Below, one piece after another: positions 1-10,020 of a stretch of 64,000 bases of DNA. The position numbers were made by a program, and so were the translations under genes. Within the stretch, counting starts at the first letter, position 1. Each line of letters begins with the position of its first letter. This DNA comes from Bdellovibrionales bacterium (lineage in GTDB: Bacteria; Bdellovibrionota; Bdellovibrionia; Bdellovibrionales; UBA1609): contig CBDBIB010000003.1 of the NCBI GenBank assembly GCA_965205945.1, forward strand, positions 512,394 through 576,393. Direction: 5' to 3'. A model generated the notes under the pieces. It had not been told where the DNA came from and did not search any database. It was given only the letters and a program-made list of their open reading frames with translations.

Positions 1-894
1 AGTAAAAATAAAGAAATCTATGATAAGATTCTAAAAAAGATTAAACGAGTAGAGTTTTCTGTTCGAAAGGTTATGAGCGGAGTTTCTTTAGGGGCTAAGA
101 ACAGCACTTTTAGAGGTCAGGGAATGACTTTTTCTGATATTCGACCTTATGCTCCAGGCGATGATATTAGAAATTTTGCATGGCAGGTTATGGCTAAAAC
201 AGGGGAGCCCTTTGTTAAAGAATTTGAGGAGGAAAGGGATTTACAAGTTCATATTGCTTTAGATGTGGGTCCTTCTATGAAATTTGGAGGTAAGTTTCAA
301 TCTAAAATAATGATTCAAGCATATGTAGGAGCTTTTTTAGGGCTTTTAACAGCAAAGAATAGAGATAAATTTGGAGGTATTGTTTTTTCATCAAGACAGC
401 TTAAAAGGATTCCTGTTATGCAAGGTGAAGATAATGTGCGAAGAGCATTATACTCATACTTTGAAGAGGCTGATAAATATAAAGATGAAAAATCAAATTT
501 AAATATTGCTTTAGAGTATTTTTTAAAGCTTAGGGCTAAAAATTGTATTTGTATTTTAGTAAGTGATTTTTTAAACCCCATAGACAGGAGTCTTTTAGCA
601 AGAGTTAAAAGGAAGCATCAAGTTAAAATGGTGTTTATTAGTGATCCTTATGAGAAGAATTTTCCTAAAACAGGTCTTTTAAGCACTGTTGATCCAAATT
701 TTTTAGAAAAAGTATTGTGGGTAAAAGGAGATAAGGCTTTAAATCAAAAGCTTTTAAAGAATTTTGAAAAGCGAAAAAATAATATTGAAAAAATTTGTAA
801 GAGTTTTGGAATTTCTTTTGTTGAACAATCAACTCATGATGAAAATTTAAGAAAAATCATAGAGAATCTACAGCTTAGGAGTGTGTATGGATAA
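1..894 (+). CDS. DUF58 family protein (MoxR-associated vWA-like), 5'-truncated by the window edge
   Basis: Frame 1 is open from position 1 (SKNKEIYDKILKKIKRVEFSVRKVMSG...). Motifs G.GMTFSDIRPYAPGDDIR..W, VKEFEEER and LVSDF are present. Directly upstream of batA-like genes. Confidence 0.9.
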   Translation, partial: SKNKEIYDKILKKIKRVEFSVRKVMSGVSLGAKNSTFRGQGMTFSDIRPYAPGDDIRNFAWQVMAKTGEPFVKEFEEERDLQVHIALDVGPSMKFGGKFQSKIMIQAYVGAFLGLLTAKNRDKFGGIVFSSRQLKRIPVMQGEDNVRRALYSYFEEADKYKDEKSNLNIALEYFLKLRAKNCICILVSDFLNPIDRSLLARVKRKHQVKMVFISDPYEKNFPKTGLLSTVDPNFLEKVLWVKGDKALNQKLLKNFEKRKNNIEKICKSFGISFVEQSTHDENLRKIIENLQLRSVYG

Positions 895-1762
895 GACCCA
901 AGACACTACGGTGAAGCAAAAAGTTCCTCATTGGACATGTGAATTAAGCCCAATTAATAAAGAGCCTGCAACGGTTGGACAAGTTAAAACATTAAAGTGT
1001 TCGGGTTTTGATTTTGTTCCCATTAGTGAAAAATATTTAGTTAAATTAGAAGATCAGTATGAAAATGCCATTAAGATACTATTAATTAAAAAAGATAGCC
1101 ACTCTCTTAAAGAGTTTGAGGTCACATCTTATATACCCATTAAAAGTGATGTGAAAATAAAAATTCAGTCATCAGGTGAAACACTTTTTAAGTCTGTTGT
1201 AAAAGGTTTAAATGTAGAATCAAGCATTCAAAATCCTAAAGATCCAAAAGCTTTTAGTCCCCAAGCGGGTTATTATATTTTACCGGGAGTTTATGAGGTT
1301 ATTTTAATAGGGATTTTCATTGTGGCAGTCTTGGTTTTGTTGTTTATTCGGTTTAAAAATAGATTAAAGGTGGCCAGAGAATTTAAGAGGATCATTACAA
1401 AGGCAAAGTATGCGGATCCATTTATGGATTTTAATGTTGAAATCAGAGATTATATTGGGCAAAAAAAGCCATCGGTTTTGTTTTTAAGTTTGTTAGATGA
1501 GAGTTTAAAAAAAGTATTTTTTCGAATTTTTGCATCTGTAGTTTCATTAGATGATTTAGATATTCTTATTAAAAGGCTAAGGGGGTTGGGTTTAGAGCAG
1601 CATGAAATAAGAAATTTTTATGTTCTTGAAAAAGAGTATAAGAAATTTAAAACTTTATATGAATCTAGGAAAAACCAGGCTTTTAAAGAGAAAAAAGAAT
1701 TTTTAGAGCAAGTTAAAAAAACAATAAACAGTCTTCGTTATTACGTAAGGGAAAATAATTGA
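881..1762 (+). CDS. Hypothetical single-pass membrane protein of the bat operon
   Basis: One central hydrophobic helix (VILIGIFIVAVLVLLFI). Overlaps both neighbours and occupies the usual DUF58-X-batA position. Confidence 0.7.
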   Translation: MCMDKTQDTTVKQKVPHWTCELSPINKEPATVGQVKTLKCSGFDFVPISEKYLVKLEDQYENAIKILLIKKDSHSLKEFEVTSYIPIKSDVKIKIQSSGETLFKSVVKGLNVESSIQNPKDPKAFSPQAGYYILPGVYEVILIGIFIVAVLVLLFIRFKNRLKVAREFKRIITKAKYADPFMDFNVEIRDYIGQKKPSVLFLSLLDESLKKVFFRIFASVVSLDDLDILIKRLRGLGLEQHEIRNFYVLEKEYKKFKTLYESRKNQAFKEKKEFLEQVKKTINSLRYYVRENN

Positions 1763-2766
1763 TGTACATAAATATAGGTACTGCATTATTAATCTATGCT
1801 TTTTGTGCTGCACTGTTAACCATTGTATTTGTGGTTTGGAGGAAGAGAAAAGAAAAAGGTTTTATTTTTCTTGGTGCAGAATTGATTGAAGCAAAAAATA
1901 CAGTCATTTTTTTTAAAATTGTATTCTTAATTGTTGCAGTGATTAGTTTTATTTATTTATTTCTAGCTCTTGCTAGACCACAGCATAAGCAGCTTGAGCC
2001 AAAGGTGTCAGAAAAAGGAATTGATATCTTGTTTTCTTTAGACATTTCAGATTCAATGTTAATAGAAGATATGGCTCCTCATGAAAACAGACTTGAGAGT
2101 GCAAAATTTCATATTAAAGAATTTATGAAAAAAAGAGAATCAGATAGATTAGGTTTAGTCATTTTTTCTGGCGAAGCTTATACAAGAGTTCCATTGACTG
2201 TGGATCATAACCTGCTTTTTTCAAATTTAGAAGATGTTTCGGTCAGTGAATTTATAAAAAAAGGTACCGCTATTGGGGTTGCTTTAGCTGCTGGGGTGAA
2301 TAGGATAAGGGAGAGTAAATCAAAATTGAAAGTTATTGTTCTTCTTACAGATGGGGAAAACAATACAGGGGTCATTGACCCTTTAACAGCCTTGGATCTT
2401 ACAGTAGATCTAGGTGTTCGAGTGTACACTATAGGGATAGGTCGTGATGGAAGATCCATGCTGCCAGTGTTTTCAAAAGATAGATTTGGAAGAAAGATTA
2501 AATCTTATAGGCCTTTTCCTACAAAAATAAATGAAAAACTTTTAAGAGAAATTGCTGTTAAAACTGGTGGTCAATTTTATCGCGCCTCAAAAGAATCTGA
2601 TTTAACAAGAATTTTTGATGATATAGATACTATTGAAAAAGTAGATATTAAACTTCCAGACAGGTATAAGGTAGTTGAAAAATTTCAATTTCCGCTTTTA
2701 TTGTCCATAAGTGGTTTTGCTTTTTTAGCACTTATTGAGCTTTCGTTATTTTGGAGAGGAGTTTAG
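1759..2766 (+). CDS. batA: vWA domain membrane protein, BatA-like
   Basis: ALARPQ, MIDAS DISDSM, DRLGLVIF, PLTVD, GTAIG and LLTDGENN motifs, with N- and C-terminal TM helices. Confidence 0.88.
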   Translation: MMYINIGTALLIYAFCAALLTIVFVVWRKRKEKGFIFLGAELIEAKNTVIFFKIVFLIVAVISFIYLFLALARPQHKQLEPKVSEKGIDILFSLDISDSMLIEDMAPHENRLESAKFHIKEFMKKRESDRLGLVIFSGEAYTRVPLTVDHNLLFSNLEDVSVSEFIKKGTAIGVALAAGVNRIRESKSKLKVIVLLTDGENNTGVIDPLTALDLTVDLGVRVYTIGIGRDGRSMLPVFSKDRFGRKIKSYRPFPTKINEKLLREIAVKTGGQFYRASKESDLTRIFDDIDTIEKVDIKLPDRYKVVEKFQFPLLLSISGFAFLALIELSLFWRGV

Positions 2767-2769
2767 TTA

Positions 2770-3768
2770 GTGAAATTTTATTCTCCAGAATACTTATTAT
2801 TTTTAATTTTACCGGTTTTAATGTTTTTGTTGTGGAGGCTTTTTCATAAAAAAAGAATTAAAACTATTAAAAATCATTTTTCTACAGAAAATATAGAAGA
2901 ATTCAAACTCATTAGTGAAGAAAAAGATAAAAAAAGATGGCTTTTTAGAATAGGTCTTTTAGTTGGGTATATTTTTTTCATAATAGCGTTGAGTCGTCCT
3001 CAGTTTGGTCAAAAAGAAAAATCAATGTTGATCTCTGAGCATTCTGTTGTGTTTTTAATTGATTTATCAAGATCAATGCTTACCAGAGATATTTTACCAT
3101 CTAGATTAGAAATGGTGAAGCAAGAAATTTTTAAATCTTTAAAAATACTTGGAAATTTAAAGGTTGGGCTTGTTGTTTTTGCTGGAAGTGTTGATGTGGT
3201 ATCCCCCATGACATCAGATTTGGAGGCCATTGAAAGCTATGTTGATTCTTTAGGTGTGGACTCAGTGTCCTCTCAGGGAACAAAAATTCAAGTTGGGCTT
3301 GAAGAGTCTAAGAACTTGTTTGAAAGGACACTTAAGGATAATAAAGGAAGTAAGTTGATTGTACTTTTCTCAGATGGAGAGACACATGAAAAAGAAAGTA
3401 TTGCCTATGCAAAAAAACTTACACAGCTTGGATATAAAATTATTACAGTGGGTATAGGGACTGAGTCTGGAGGTTATGTTCCTGAAAGTGAGACCTCTTC
3501 TTCATACATTCGAGATAAATCAGGTCGGGTAGTTACTTCAAAGCCGAATTTTAAATTTTTAAAGAGCCTTGCACTTACAGGAGAAGGAGCTTTTTATTAC
3601 CTGTCTCCCATAGACCCTTTAGGCCCTAAAATAAAAAACAGTTTAGATAAAATTCAAAGCGTAGCAGCAGCTAGGCAGAAATTTATTGTCAGCAATGAGG
3701 CCTACCAAGGGTTTATTTTATTAGGCCTTTTGTGTTTTGTACTAGCTTTTATTGTGAGGAGGTTTTAA
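2770..3768 (+). CDS. batB: vWA domain membrane protein, BatB-like
   Basis: MKFYSPEYL start, ALSRPQFG, MIDAS DLSRSM...DILPSRL and FSDGETH motifs. Confidence 0.88.
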   Translation: MKFYSPEYLLFLILPVLMFLLWRLFHKKRIKTIKNHFSTENIEEFKLISEEKDKKRWLFRIGLLVGYIFFIIALSRPQFGQKEKSMLISEHSVVFLIDLSRSMLTRDILPSRLEMVKQEIFKSLKILGNLKVGLVVFAGSVDVVSPMTSDLEAIESYVDSLGVDSVSSQGTKIQVGLEESKNLFERTLKDNKGSKLIVLFSDGETHEKESIAYAKKLTQLGYKIITVGIGTESGGYVPESETSSSYIRDKSGRVVTSKPNFKFLKSLALTGEGAFYYLSPIDPLGPKIKNSLDKIQSVAAARQKFIVSNEAYQGFILLGLLCFVLAFIVRRF

Positions 3769-4484
3769 TGAGAAGTATTTTTTTAAAGTGCACTATGCTA
3801 CTTATGTTCTTATTAGAACCAGGTTGTAATAAATCTACCTGGTATAATAATGTTGGAATTTTTAAAATGTATACAAAAACTCCTTTAAAAGCTAAGACTG
3901 CTTTTACCAAGGCTTTATTAATAAACCCTGAAAATGCTATAGCAAGGTATAACCTTTCTATAAGCAACCTACATTTACAAAAGTTAAACGATTCTTTAAA
4001 GGAATTAAACGCACTACAAAAAGTTTATGAAACTGATTCAAGGTTTAAAAATTCAAAAGAATTATTTAATGTATACTTTGCCCAAGCTTTTTTATTAGGG
4101 CTTATACAAGATGTTTCAGGGGCATTAAGCACATATCAAAAAGCACTAAAAATAGATTCATCTTCTGTAAAGGTGAAGAACAACATTGAAATTTTAACTA
4201 AAAAAGGGTCTGGCAAAAAAAGTGGAGATTCTGATAAGAAGAAAAAAGGAAAAAAAGGAGAGAGTAAGGATAAGGCTTCTGGGGGAGAAAAAGATAATTT
4301 AAAGGGTTTAGGTGAGAAGGATAAAATTCAAGGGCAGGATGATTCGTCTTTAAAAAAGAAAAATCTTTCTAAAGCCGAGCTTGAGCAAATTTTAAAAGAG
4401 ATTAAAGATCAGGAAAGTAAAGTAAGAGCTAAAGAAAATAAAAAGAATGAAAAAAAAGGGGGGGGGAATGAGAAAACTTGGTAG
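3768..4484 (+). CDS. batC: TPR protein, BatC-like
   Basis: TPR-like helices, a K/G/D/E low-complexity linker, and a C-terminal 'EQILKEI...EKTW' resembling the BatC tail. ATG at 3768 overlaps the batB stop (TAATG). Confidence 0.75.
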   Translation: MRSIFLKCTMLLMFLLEPGCNKSTWYNNVGIFKMYTKTPLKAKTAFTKALLINPENAIARYNLSISNLHLQKLNDSLKELNALQKVYETDSRFKNSKELFNVYFAQAFLLGLIQDVSGALSTYQKALKIDSSSVKVKNNIEILTKKGSGKKSGDSDKKKKGKKGESKDKASGGEKDNLKGLGEKDKIQGQDDSSLKKKNLSKAELEQILKEIKDQESKVRAKENKKNEKKGGGNEKTW

Positions 4485-6312
4485 TTATTTTTTGTTCTTT
4501 GAACTTTTTTTCTCTACATATGCTTGGTGTAGTTTTAATGTAGAAACTTCACTTTCAGATACTAACCTAGAAATTGGGGATCAAATCACATATACTATAA
4601 CAATAGTTTCAGATAAAAAACAGGTTCGCCCAGGAGCAAAATTTAAACCCCCTAAGATTGATGGGCTTGATTATATGGGGGTTTTTGAAAGTTCTAGTAC
4701 TGGGATATCGATTAATAATTTTAAAAAAACAGCTTCATATAAAATGAGCACATCTATTAATTATGCTTGTATGAAGGAGGGTGATTTTAAAATCCCACCA
4801 ATAGATTTAGATTTAAACGGGATAAAAACCCAAAGTATAACTTTTAAAGTGTATAAGAAATTACCAGCTCATTTAAAAAAACAACAGTCTAAAGTGGCAG
4901 GACGACGCAAGAATCAAATAAAATCACTGTTTGATCAGTTTATGGGGAATAATGGATTGTTAGATCAAGTAGATCAAGTAGAATTTAATCCTGAATTTTT
5001 TACAGAGGTTCAAGTTAACAAGAATGAAATTTTTAAAGGAGAGCAATTGGTTGCTACTTGGTATGTATATTTATCAGCAAATACATCCTTGGGGAGTTTT
5101 GATACGTTAGAGTTTCCAACACTGCAGGGTTTTTGGAAAGAGGATATTAATTTTGCAACAAGATTTTATTGGAAACCGATTGTTAAAAATGGAAAACATT
5201 ATATCAGATCTATTTTAAGTTCGTATGCATTAACTCCATATAACAAAGGGAGTTTAGAAATAGACTCATTTAAGCTTAGAGCTGTGGTTTCAACAAGTGG
5301 ATTTTTTAATAGAAAAAGAAAAGTTTTAAATGCTGTTAGTGCCCCTCTTTTAATAAAAGTAAAGGCCTTACCAACTCCTATTCCTGAAAGTTATTTTGGT
5401 GGAGTGGGTAGGTTTAAAGTTGATAGTGAAAATGTTAATCAAAGAAGAGAGGTTCTTTTTGCAGAATCATTTATACATACTATAAGAGTTATTGGCGATA
5501 AAGCAAATGTAAAATTTATTAAACCCCCTAAAATTGATACAGGGAACGAGTTTTTAGTTTATAACATAGAAGAAGAGTATAAATTTTTTCCTGAAAAAGT
5601 GAGTTCATATAAGGATTTTAAATATACTATAGTCCCTAAGAAAGTGGGAATTTATAGATTGCCAGATATTAAGATTAGTTTTTTGAATGCTGATTTAGCT
5701 GTGTATTATGATACTTATGTGAAACTTCCTGTTTTTAAGGTTTTACCGAATAAGAATGTTGAAAAAATTAAGGATGCTGATTTTGCAAAAGAAGTGGTAA
5801 AAAAAGATGTTTATTTAAATGAAAGATTAGATTTTCAAAGTGGTCGTGCTTATGGGGATTATTTTTTTGCACATATACCATATTCTATTCAGGGTTTATT
5901 TTTATTCATTACATTAGGGTTGTGTTTTTGGATATATAAAACTTTTTCCAAGGTTGAATTTGTACAAGAAAACCTAATAAAACAATTAGAGCAAAGAACT
6001 CAAAGAGCTGCTGAGATTTTTAAAAAAGGTGATAGGAAAAAAGCTCTTAATGAACTTATAAATATTTATTCTCTTCTTATTGGTGGTATTTCAGGCAAAC
6101 GCTTTGGTGTTGAAGAGGTGTTTTTTAAAGCTGCTAAAAATCTTCCCCCTAGTCTAAAGTCGAATAATCAAGAATTAAAAAGTTTAAACGAAGCTTTACA
6201 AAAACTAAGGTTTGGGTCTGGATTGGAATCTAGAGAAAATCAGGTTAAGTTACAAAAATGTTTAAAGCAGTTTGCAAAGTTATTTTTAGAATTCAAAGAG
6301 TACCTACGTTAG
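4468..6312 (+). CDS. batD: BatD family protein
   Basis: Signal peptide, repeated beta-rich BatD units (GDQITYTI, GEQLVATW, P.LQGFW.E, VKALP..P..F.GGVG.F) and a C-terminal TM helix. Start may be 4447 or 4468. Confidence 0.85.
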   Translation: MRKLGSYFLFFELFFSTYAWCSFNVETSLSDTNLEIGDQITYTITIVSDKKQVRPGAKFKPPKIDGLDYMGVFESSSTGISINNFKKTASYKMSTSINYACMKEGDFKIPPIDLDLNGIKTQSITFKVYKKLPAHLKKQQSKVAGRRKNQIKSLFDQFMGNNGLLDQVDQVEFNPEFFTEVQVNKNEIFKGEQLVATWYVYLSANTSLGSFDTLEFPTLQGFWKEDINFATRFYWKPIVKNGKHYIRSILSSYALTPYNKGSLEIDSFKLRAVVSTSGFFNRKRKVLNAVSAPLLIKVKALPTPIPESYFGGVGRFKVDSENVNQRREVLFAESFIHTIRVIGDKANVKFIKPPKIDTGNEFLVYNIEEEYKFFPEKVSSYKDFKYTIVPKKVGIYRLPDIKISFLNADLAVYYDTYVKLPVFKVLPNKNVEKIKDADFAKEVVKKDVYLNERLDFQSGRAYGDYFFAHIPYSIQGLFLFITLGLCFWIYKTFSKVEFVQENLIKQLEQRTQRAAEIFKKGDRKKALNELINIYSLLIGGISGKRFGVEEVFFKAAKNLPPSLKSNNQELKSLNEALQKLRFGSGLESRENQVKLQKCLKQFAKLFLEFKEYLR

Positions 6313-8339
6313 TTGGGGTATTTTTTTTTTCCATAGAAGTATTTTCTTTTCAATTAGATAGCACAAGTATTGTTACTCAAATGGATCATTTTTCAAAGCT
6401 AGAGAAAAAAGCAGAATTCAAAGAACTTAATGATCTCATCTTTTTTTGTAATAAACTTAAAGATTTAAAGTGTTTTAAAAGTGCTCAATCTATTTATATC
6501 AATCCAAAATTTGTATTTTTTAGAAATCTAGTTTCTGAACTTTTAGTTTCAGCTATTATAAATCAAAGGCTTCCTCTTCAGACAATTTCTTTTTTAAATA
6601 AGGAGGAATTAAATACCAATGAACTTACTAAGATATTAACAAACTATACGGTGAGTGAAGTGGAGAGTTTTTTTGGTAAAGGTTTTTTTATAAAAAATAA
6701 AGAAATAAAAAAAGTTTTATTAAAAAAAGTGAGTCTTTTGTGTAAGTTTTCAGATCAAGAAGAATTAATCCAACAAATTTTAAAAGAGCTTTTAAGACAA
6801 GAGGATTTTTTTGATAAAGATTTTTCAAAATTTCCTTGTGGTTTAAGCCTTGCTGGAGAATTAAAAGTGTTAGATGATGAGATTAAGAAATTTAAAAAGA
6901 AAAACTTTTTAAAAGAAACATATAAATTTTCATTTTTAAAAGAAAAGGTATTAAAGGCTCAGTATAAAAAATTTTCTTTTTATAATATGAGAACTTTAGC
7001 GGATCGGACAAAAAATATTTGGGAAAACATCTTTGCTTCGGGGGAAGCTTTACAAGAAAAAGTTATAAGAAATTTATTTTATAAGGGGGAATACGAACTT
7101 TTATCCCGTGCCTATAACACTTTAGAAAAAGAGTTAAAAACGCTAAGACCTGAATCATTACAGTATGTTGTTAAATCTTTAATTGCCCTAGGAAAGTATG
7201 AACAGGCATTAAATATTAGTAGTGAAATTAAATTAATGCCGTCTCAAGCAGTTGAAGAGATTAAACTTATGAGAGGGAGCGCATATTTAAGATTAGAGCA
7301 GTTTTTTGAAGCTGAAATAGAGTATATAGATTTATTAAAGAATCCTATAAAATTAGAATTGTCAGGCTTATATTGGTTGAGAGTGTCTTTAAAAAATCAA
7401 AAAAAGAAGGTAGAAGAAATTAATAAAAAAATATTAAAATTATATCCGTTTTCATACTATGGTCTTATGACTGCTTTTAAAGCGCGTGGAAAATCGTTTT
7501 TTGATATGTATAAAAAAAATATTTTAATCAAACAAAGTTTTGCTGATGTTCTTACTCCTAGTGAAGAGGCAAGGTTGAACTTTTACTATGCTTATGGGCA
7601 TAAGAATTACTTTAAAAAAACATTTAAAAGTATAGAGGCTAAGTTAACTCCTCTTCAAAAAGGGTTGTTTGCACTAGTCTTTAAAAATCTTGATGATCAG
7701 TTAGAGGTTATTAGAGGGTTAAACTTAGCATGGGATTTAGATGAAAAGCTTAGAGCTGAGCCCTTTTTATCCTCGTCTTTTCCTATGCCATTTAAACTTG
7801 AAATGGAAAAAGTATTAAAAGGAAAAAATATAGATAGTTCATTAGTTTATGCAATTATAAGGCAAGAAAGTGCATTTCAAAGTTTTGCTCAAAGCTCATC
7901 CGGAGCAAGGGGGCTTATGCAGCTTTTGCCCTCAACAGCTAAAGATGTTTCAAGGCAAATAGGATATAAGGGTTATAAAAAGGCTAAAGACTTATATAAA
8001 CCCGATATTAATATGCACCTGGGCGCCACCTATATTCAAAGACTCATTCGAGCCGGAAAAGGTTATTTACCCTATGCTGTTGCTTCATACAATGCCGGTC
8101 CAGGTAGGATGTATAGGTGGAGTAAGTTTAGGTCAGAAATTACAGATCTTAGAAAAGGGTTGAAAAAAGAAAGCTTTAATCCAATAGAGGAGCTGTGGAT
8201 AGAGGAGCTGCCGTGGTCAGAGACTAGATTCTATACTAAAGCTGTTCTTAAAAATATTGGTATTTATATAGCTTTAAAAAATAAACAAAATAAATTTAAT
8301 TGCAATCCCTTTTGGATGTGTATGGGAAGAAAATTATAG
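6258..8339 (+). CDS. slt: Soluble lytic murein transglycosylase (Slt70-like, helical N-region plus SLT domain)
   Basis: AIIRQESAF (catalytic Glu), GARGLMQL, ASYNAGPG and IEELPWSETRFY motifs. Start codon uncertain. Confidence 0.88.
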   Translation: MFKAVCKVIFRIQRVPTLVGVFFFSIEVFSFQLDSTSIVTQMDHFSKLEKKAEFKELNDLIFFCNKLKDLKCFKSAQSIYINPKFVFFRNLVSELLVSAIINQRLPLQTISFLNKEELNTNELTKILTNYTVSEVESFFGKGFFIKNKEIKKVLLKKVSLLCKFSDQEELIQQILKELLRQEDFFDKDFSKFPCGLSLAGELKVLDDEIKKFKKKNFLKETYKFSFLKEKVLKAQYKKFSFYNMRTLADRTKNIWENIFASGEALQEKVIRNLFYKGEYELLSRAYNTLEKELKTLRPESLQYVVKSLIALGKYEQALNISSEIKLMPSQAVEEIKLMRGSAYLRLEQFFEAEIEYIDLLKNPIKLELSGLYWLRVSLKNQKKKVEEINKKILKLYPFSYYGLMTAFKARGKSFFDMYKKNILIKQSFADVLTPSEEARLNFYYAYGHKNYFKKTFKSIEAKLTPLQKGLFALVFKNLDDQLEVIRGLNLAWDLDEKLRAEPFLSSSFPMPFKLEMEKVLKGKNIDSSLVYAIIRQESAFQSFAQSSSGARGLMQLLPSTAKDVSRQIGYKGYKKAKDLYKPDINMHLGATYIQRLIRAGKGYLPYAVASYNAGPGRMYRWSKFRSEITDLRKGLKKESFNPIEELWIEELPWSETRFYTKAVLKNIGIYIALKNKQNKFNCNPFWMCMGRKL

Positions 8340-8379
8340 GTAAATAAGACCTAATTTGCAGACTTTAAGGGTTAGTCAG

Positions 8380-8409
8380 TTGCCAGGTTTATATACCTAT
8401 TGGTATTCT
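8380..8409 (+). promoter_or_regulatory. Sigma70-type promoter of mltD
   Basis: TTGCCA (8380-8385), 18 nt spacer ending TGG, then TATTCT (8404-8409). An AAGGAG RBS precedes ATG 8431. Confidence 0.5.
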
Positions 8410-8430
8410 TTAATATAAAGGAGAAAAAGT

Positions 8431-10020
8431 ATGATTAAAAATCAAATTAGACTTGTAGTAGGGCTAGCATTTATATTTTTAGTCAGCTGTATGCATAAAC
8501 CTGAGTTAAAAACCATAGGGTTTAATAACTATAAAAAATATGTGGGCTCAGCAGTAGTTCATGAAACATTAGTTAGAGATCAAAAACAAACTGTGCCAAA
8601 AGAAATTAGGGATGCCATTGAAGTTTCAAAATTAGAAATGGACCCGGTTCAAATTCAAAAAAATCTGCCCCGTCAAGCAGATGCTCACTATAGAGATGAT
8701 ATTTTTTATGTGAGCCCTTACGGGGAGACCTTAGTAAAGAAGTGGGAGACTTATTTTACAGGTAGGGGGCGCCATCATATGAAGCGCTACCTTGAGCGTC
8801 TACCCAGGTATGAAGCTCTTATGAAAGGTGTTTTAAAAGAAGAGGGTGTTCCTCAAGAATTAATTTATATTGCGCTAATTGAATCAGGTTTTAATTCTGT
8901 AGCAAGAAGTCATGCAAGTGCTGTTGGCTATTGGCAGTTTATTCGTGGCACGGGCAAGGCCTATGGTTTAAAGCAAAATTGGTTAATTGATGAAAGAAGG
9001 GATCCTATTTTATCAACAAGAGCCGCAGCTCAGTACTTTAAAGCTTTATATCAAGCGTTTGGATCATGGCATTTAGCAATGAGCTCTTATAATGCCGGAG
9101 AGCATAGAGTTTTAAGGGCTGTGATGAACAATATGACTAGAGAGTTTTGGGAGCTCCATGAAAAAAAACAACTTCCTCGTGAAACTCGAAACTATGTTCC
9201 TAAATTTATTGCTGCAGCAAAAATAGCAAGTAATCCTGGTAAATATCGTTTTAATCATATTAGAGGGCAGGAACCGTTTTTTTTCGAAGAGATTAAAATT
9301 ACAAAAGGTATTAGCTTAAGTACCTTTGCTAAAAATGTAGAGGTTCCATTTAAAGAAATTAAGCGCCTTAACCCATCATTTAAAACAGATTTTGCTCCAA
9401 TATATAAAGGCACAACAACAACCATAAGGGTTCCTGTTGGTAAAAGAAATTTAGCTTTAGCGGCTGTTTTTAAGAGCTATGCTACTAAAAAATATCTTAT
9501 AGCAAGGGCATCTTATCATAGAGTTAAAAGAGGGGAGACTCTTTCAGGCATTGCAAAAAAATACAGAACTCGTGTATCTGTTTTAAAAGATTTAAATGAT
9601 CTTAATCCTAGATCTATTATCCGCCCGGGAAGAAAAATTAAACTTCCTAAAGGTAGGGCTCTAGCAGGGCAATCTCATCGAAGAAAGGTAGGAGTTTCTT
9701 CTAGTGATTCTTATAAGGTGCGCCCTGGAGATAATCTTTGGGTGATCGCAAAAAAATTTGGTGTTTCTGTTAGAAGTCTTAAAAAATGGAATAATTTATA
9801 TTCTTCAAAGTTAAAAATTGGTCAAGTGCTGCGTGTAATTACAGATTTTGGGTCTAAAAATTCAAATAAATCTAGAGTATATTATGTGCAAAGAGGTGAT
9901 AATCTAACAACCATAGCTAGAAAGCATAAAGTTACTCTGTCTAATCTTTTAAGAAAAAATCGCTTAACAACGCGTTCAATTTTAGTTGTAGGAAAAAGGC
10001 TGATTATACCAGCGCCTTAG
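8431..10020 (+). CDS. mltD: Membrane-bound lytic transglycosylase MltD-like lipoprotein with three LysM domains
   Basis: Lipobox LVSC, IALIESGF, AVGYWQF, YNAGE and ETRNYVPK motifs. Three LysM repeats (HRVKRGETL, YKVRPGDNL, YYVQRGDNL). Confidence 0.9.
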   Translation: MIKNQIRLVVGLAFIFLVSCMHKPELKTIGFNNYKKYVGSAVVHETLVRDQKQTVPKEIRDAIEVSKLEMDPVQIQKNLPRQADAHYRDDIFYVSPYGETLVKKWETYFTGRGRHHMKRYLERLPRYEALMKGVLKEEGVPQELIYIALIESGFNSVARSHASAVGYWQFIRGTGKAYGLKQNWLIDERRDPILSTRAAAQYFKALYQAFGSWHLAMSSYNAGEHRVLRAVMNNMTREFWELHEKKQLPRETRNYVPKFIAAAKIASNPGKYRFNHIRGQEPFFFEEIKITKGISLSTFAKNVEVPFKEIKRLNPSFKTDFAPIYKGTTTTIRVPVGKRNLALAAVFKSYATKKYLIARASYHRVKRGETLSGIAKKYRTRVSVLKDLNDLNPRSIIRPGRKIKLPKGRALAGQSHRRKVGVSSSDSYKVRPGDNLWVIAKKFGVSVRSLKKWNNLYSSKLKIGQVLRVITDFGSKNSNKSRVYYVQRGDNLTTIARKHKVTLSNLLRKNRLTTRSILVVGKRLIIPAP

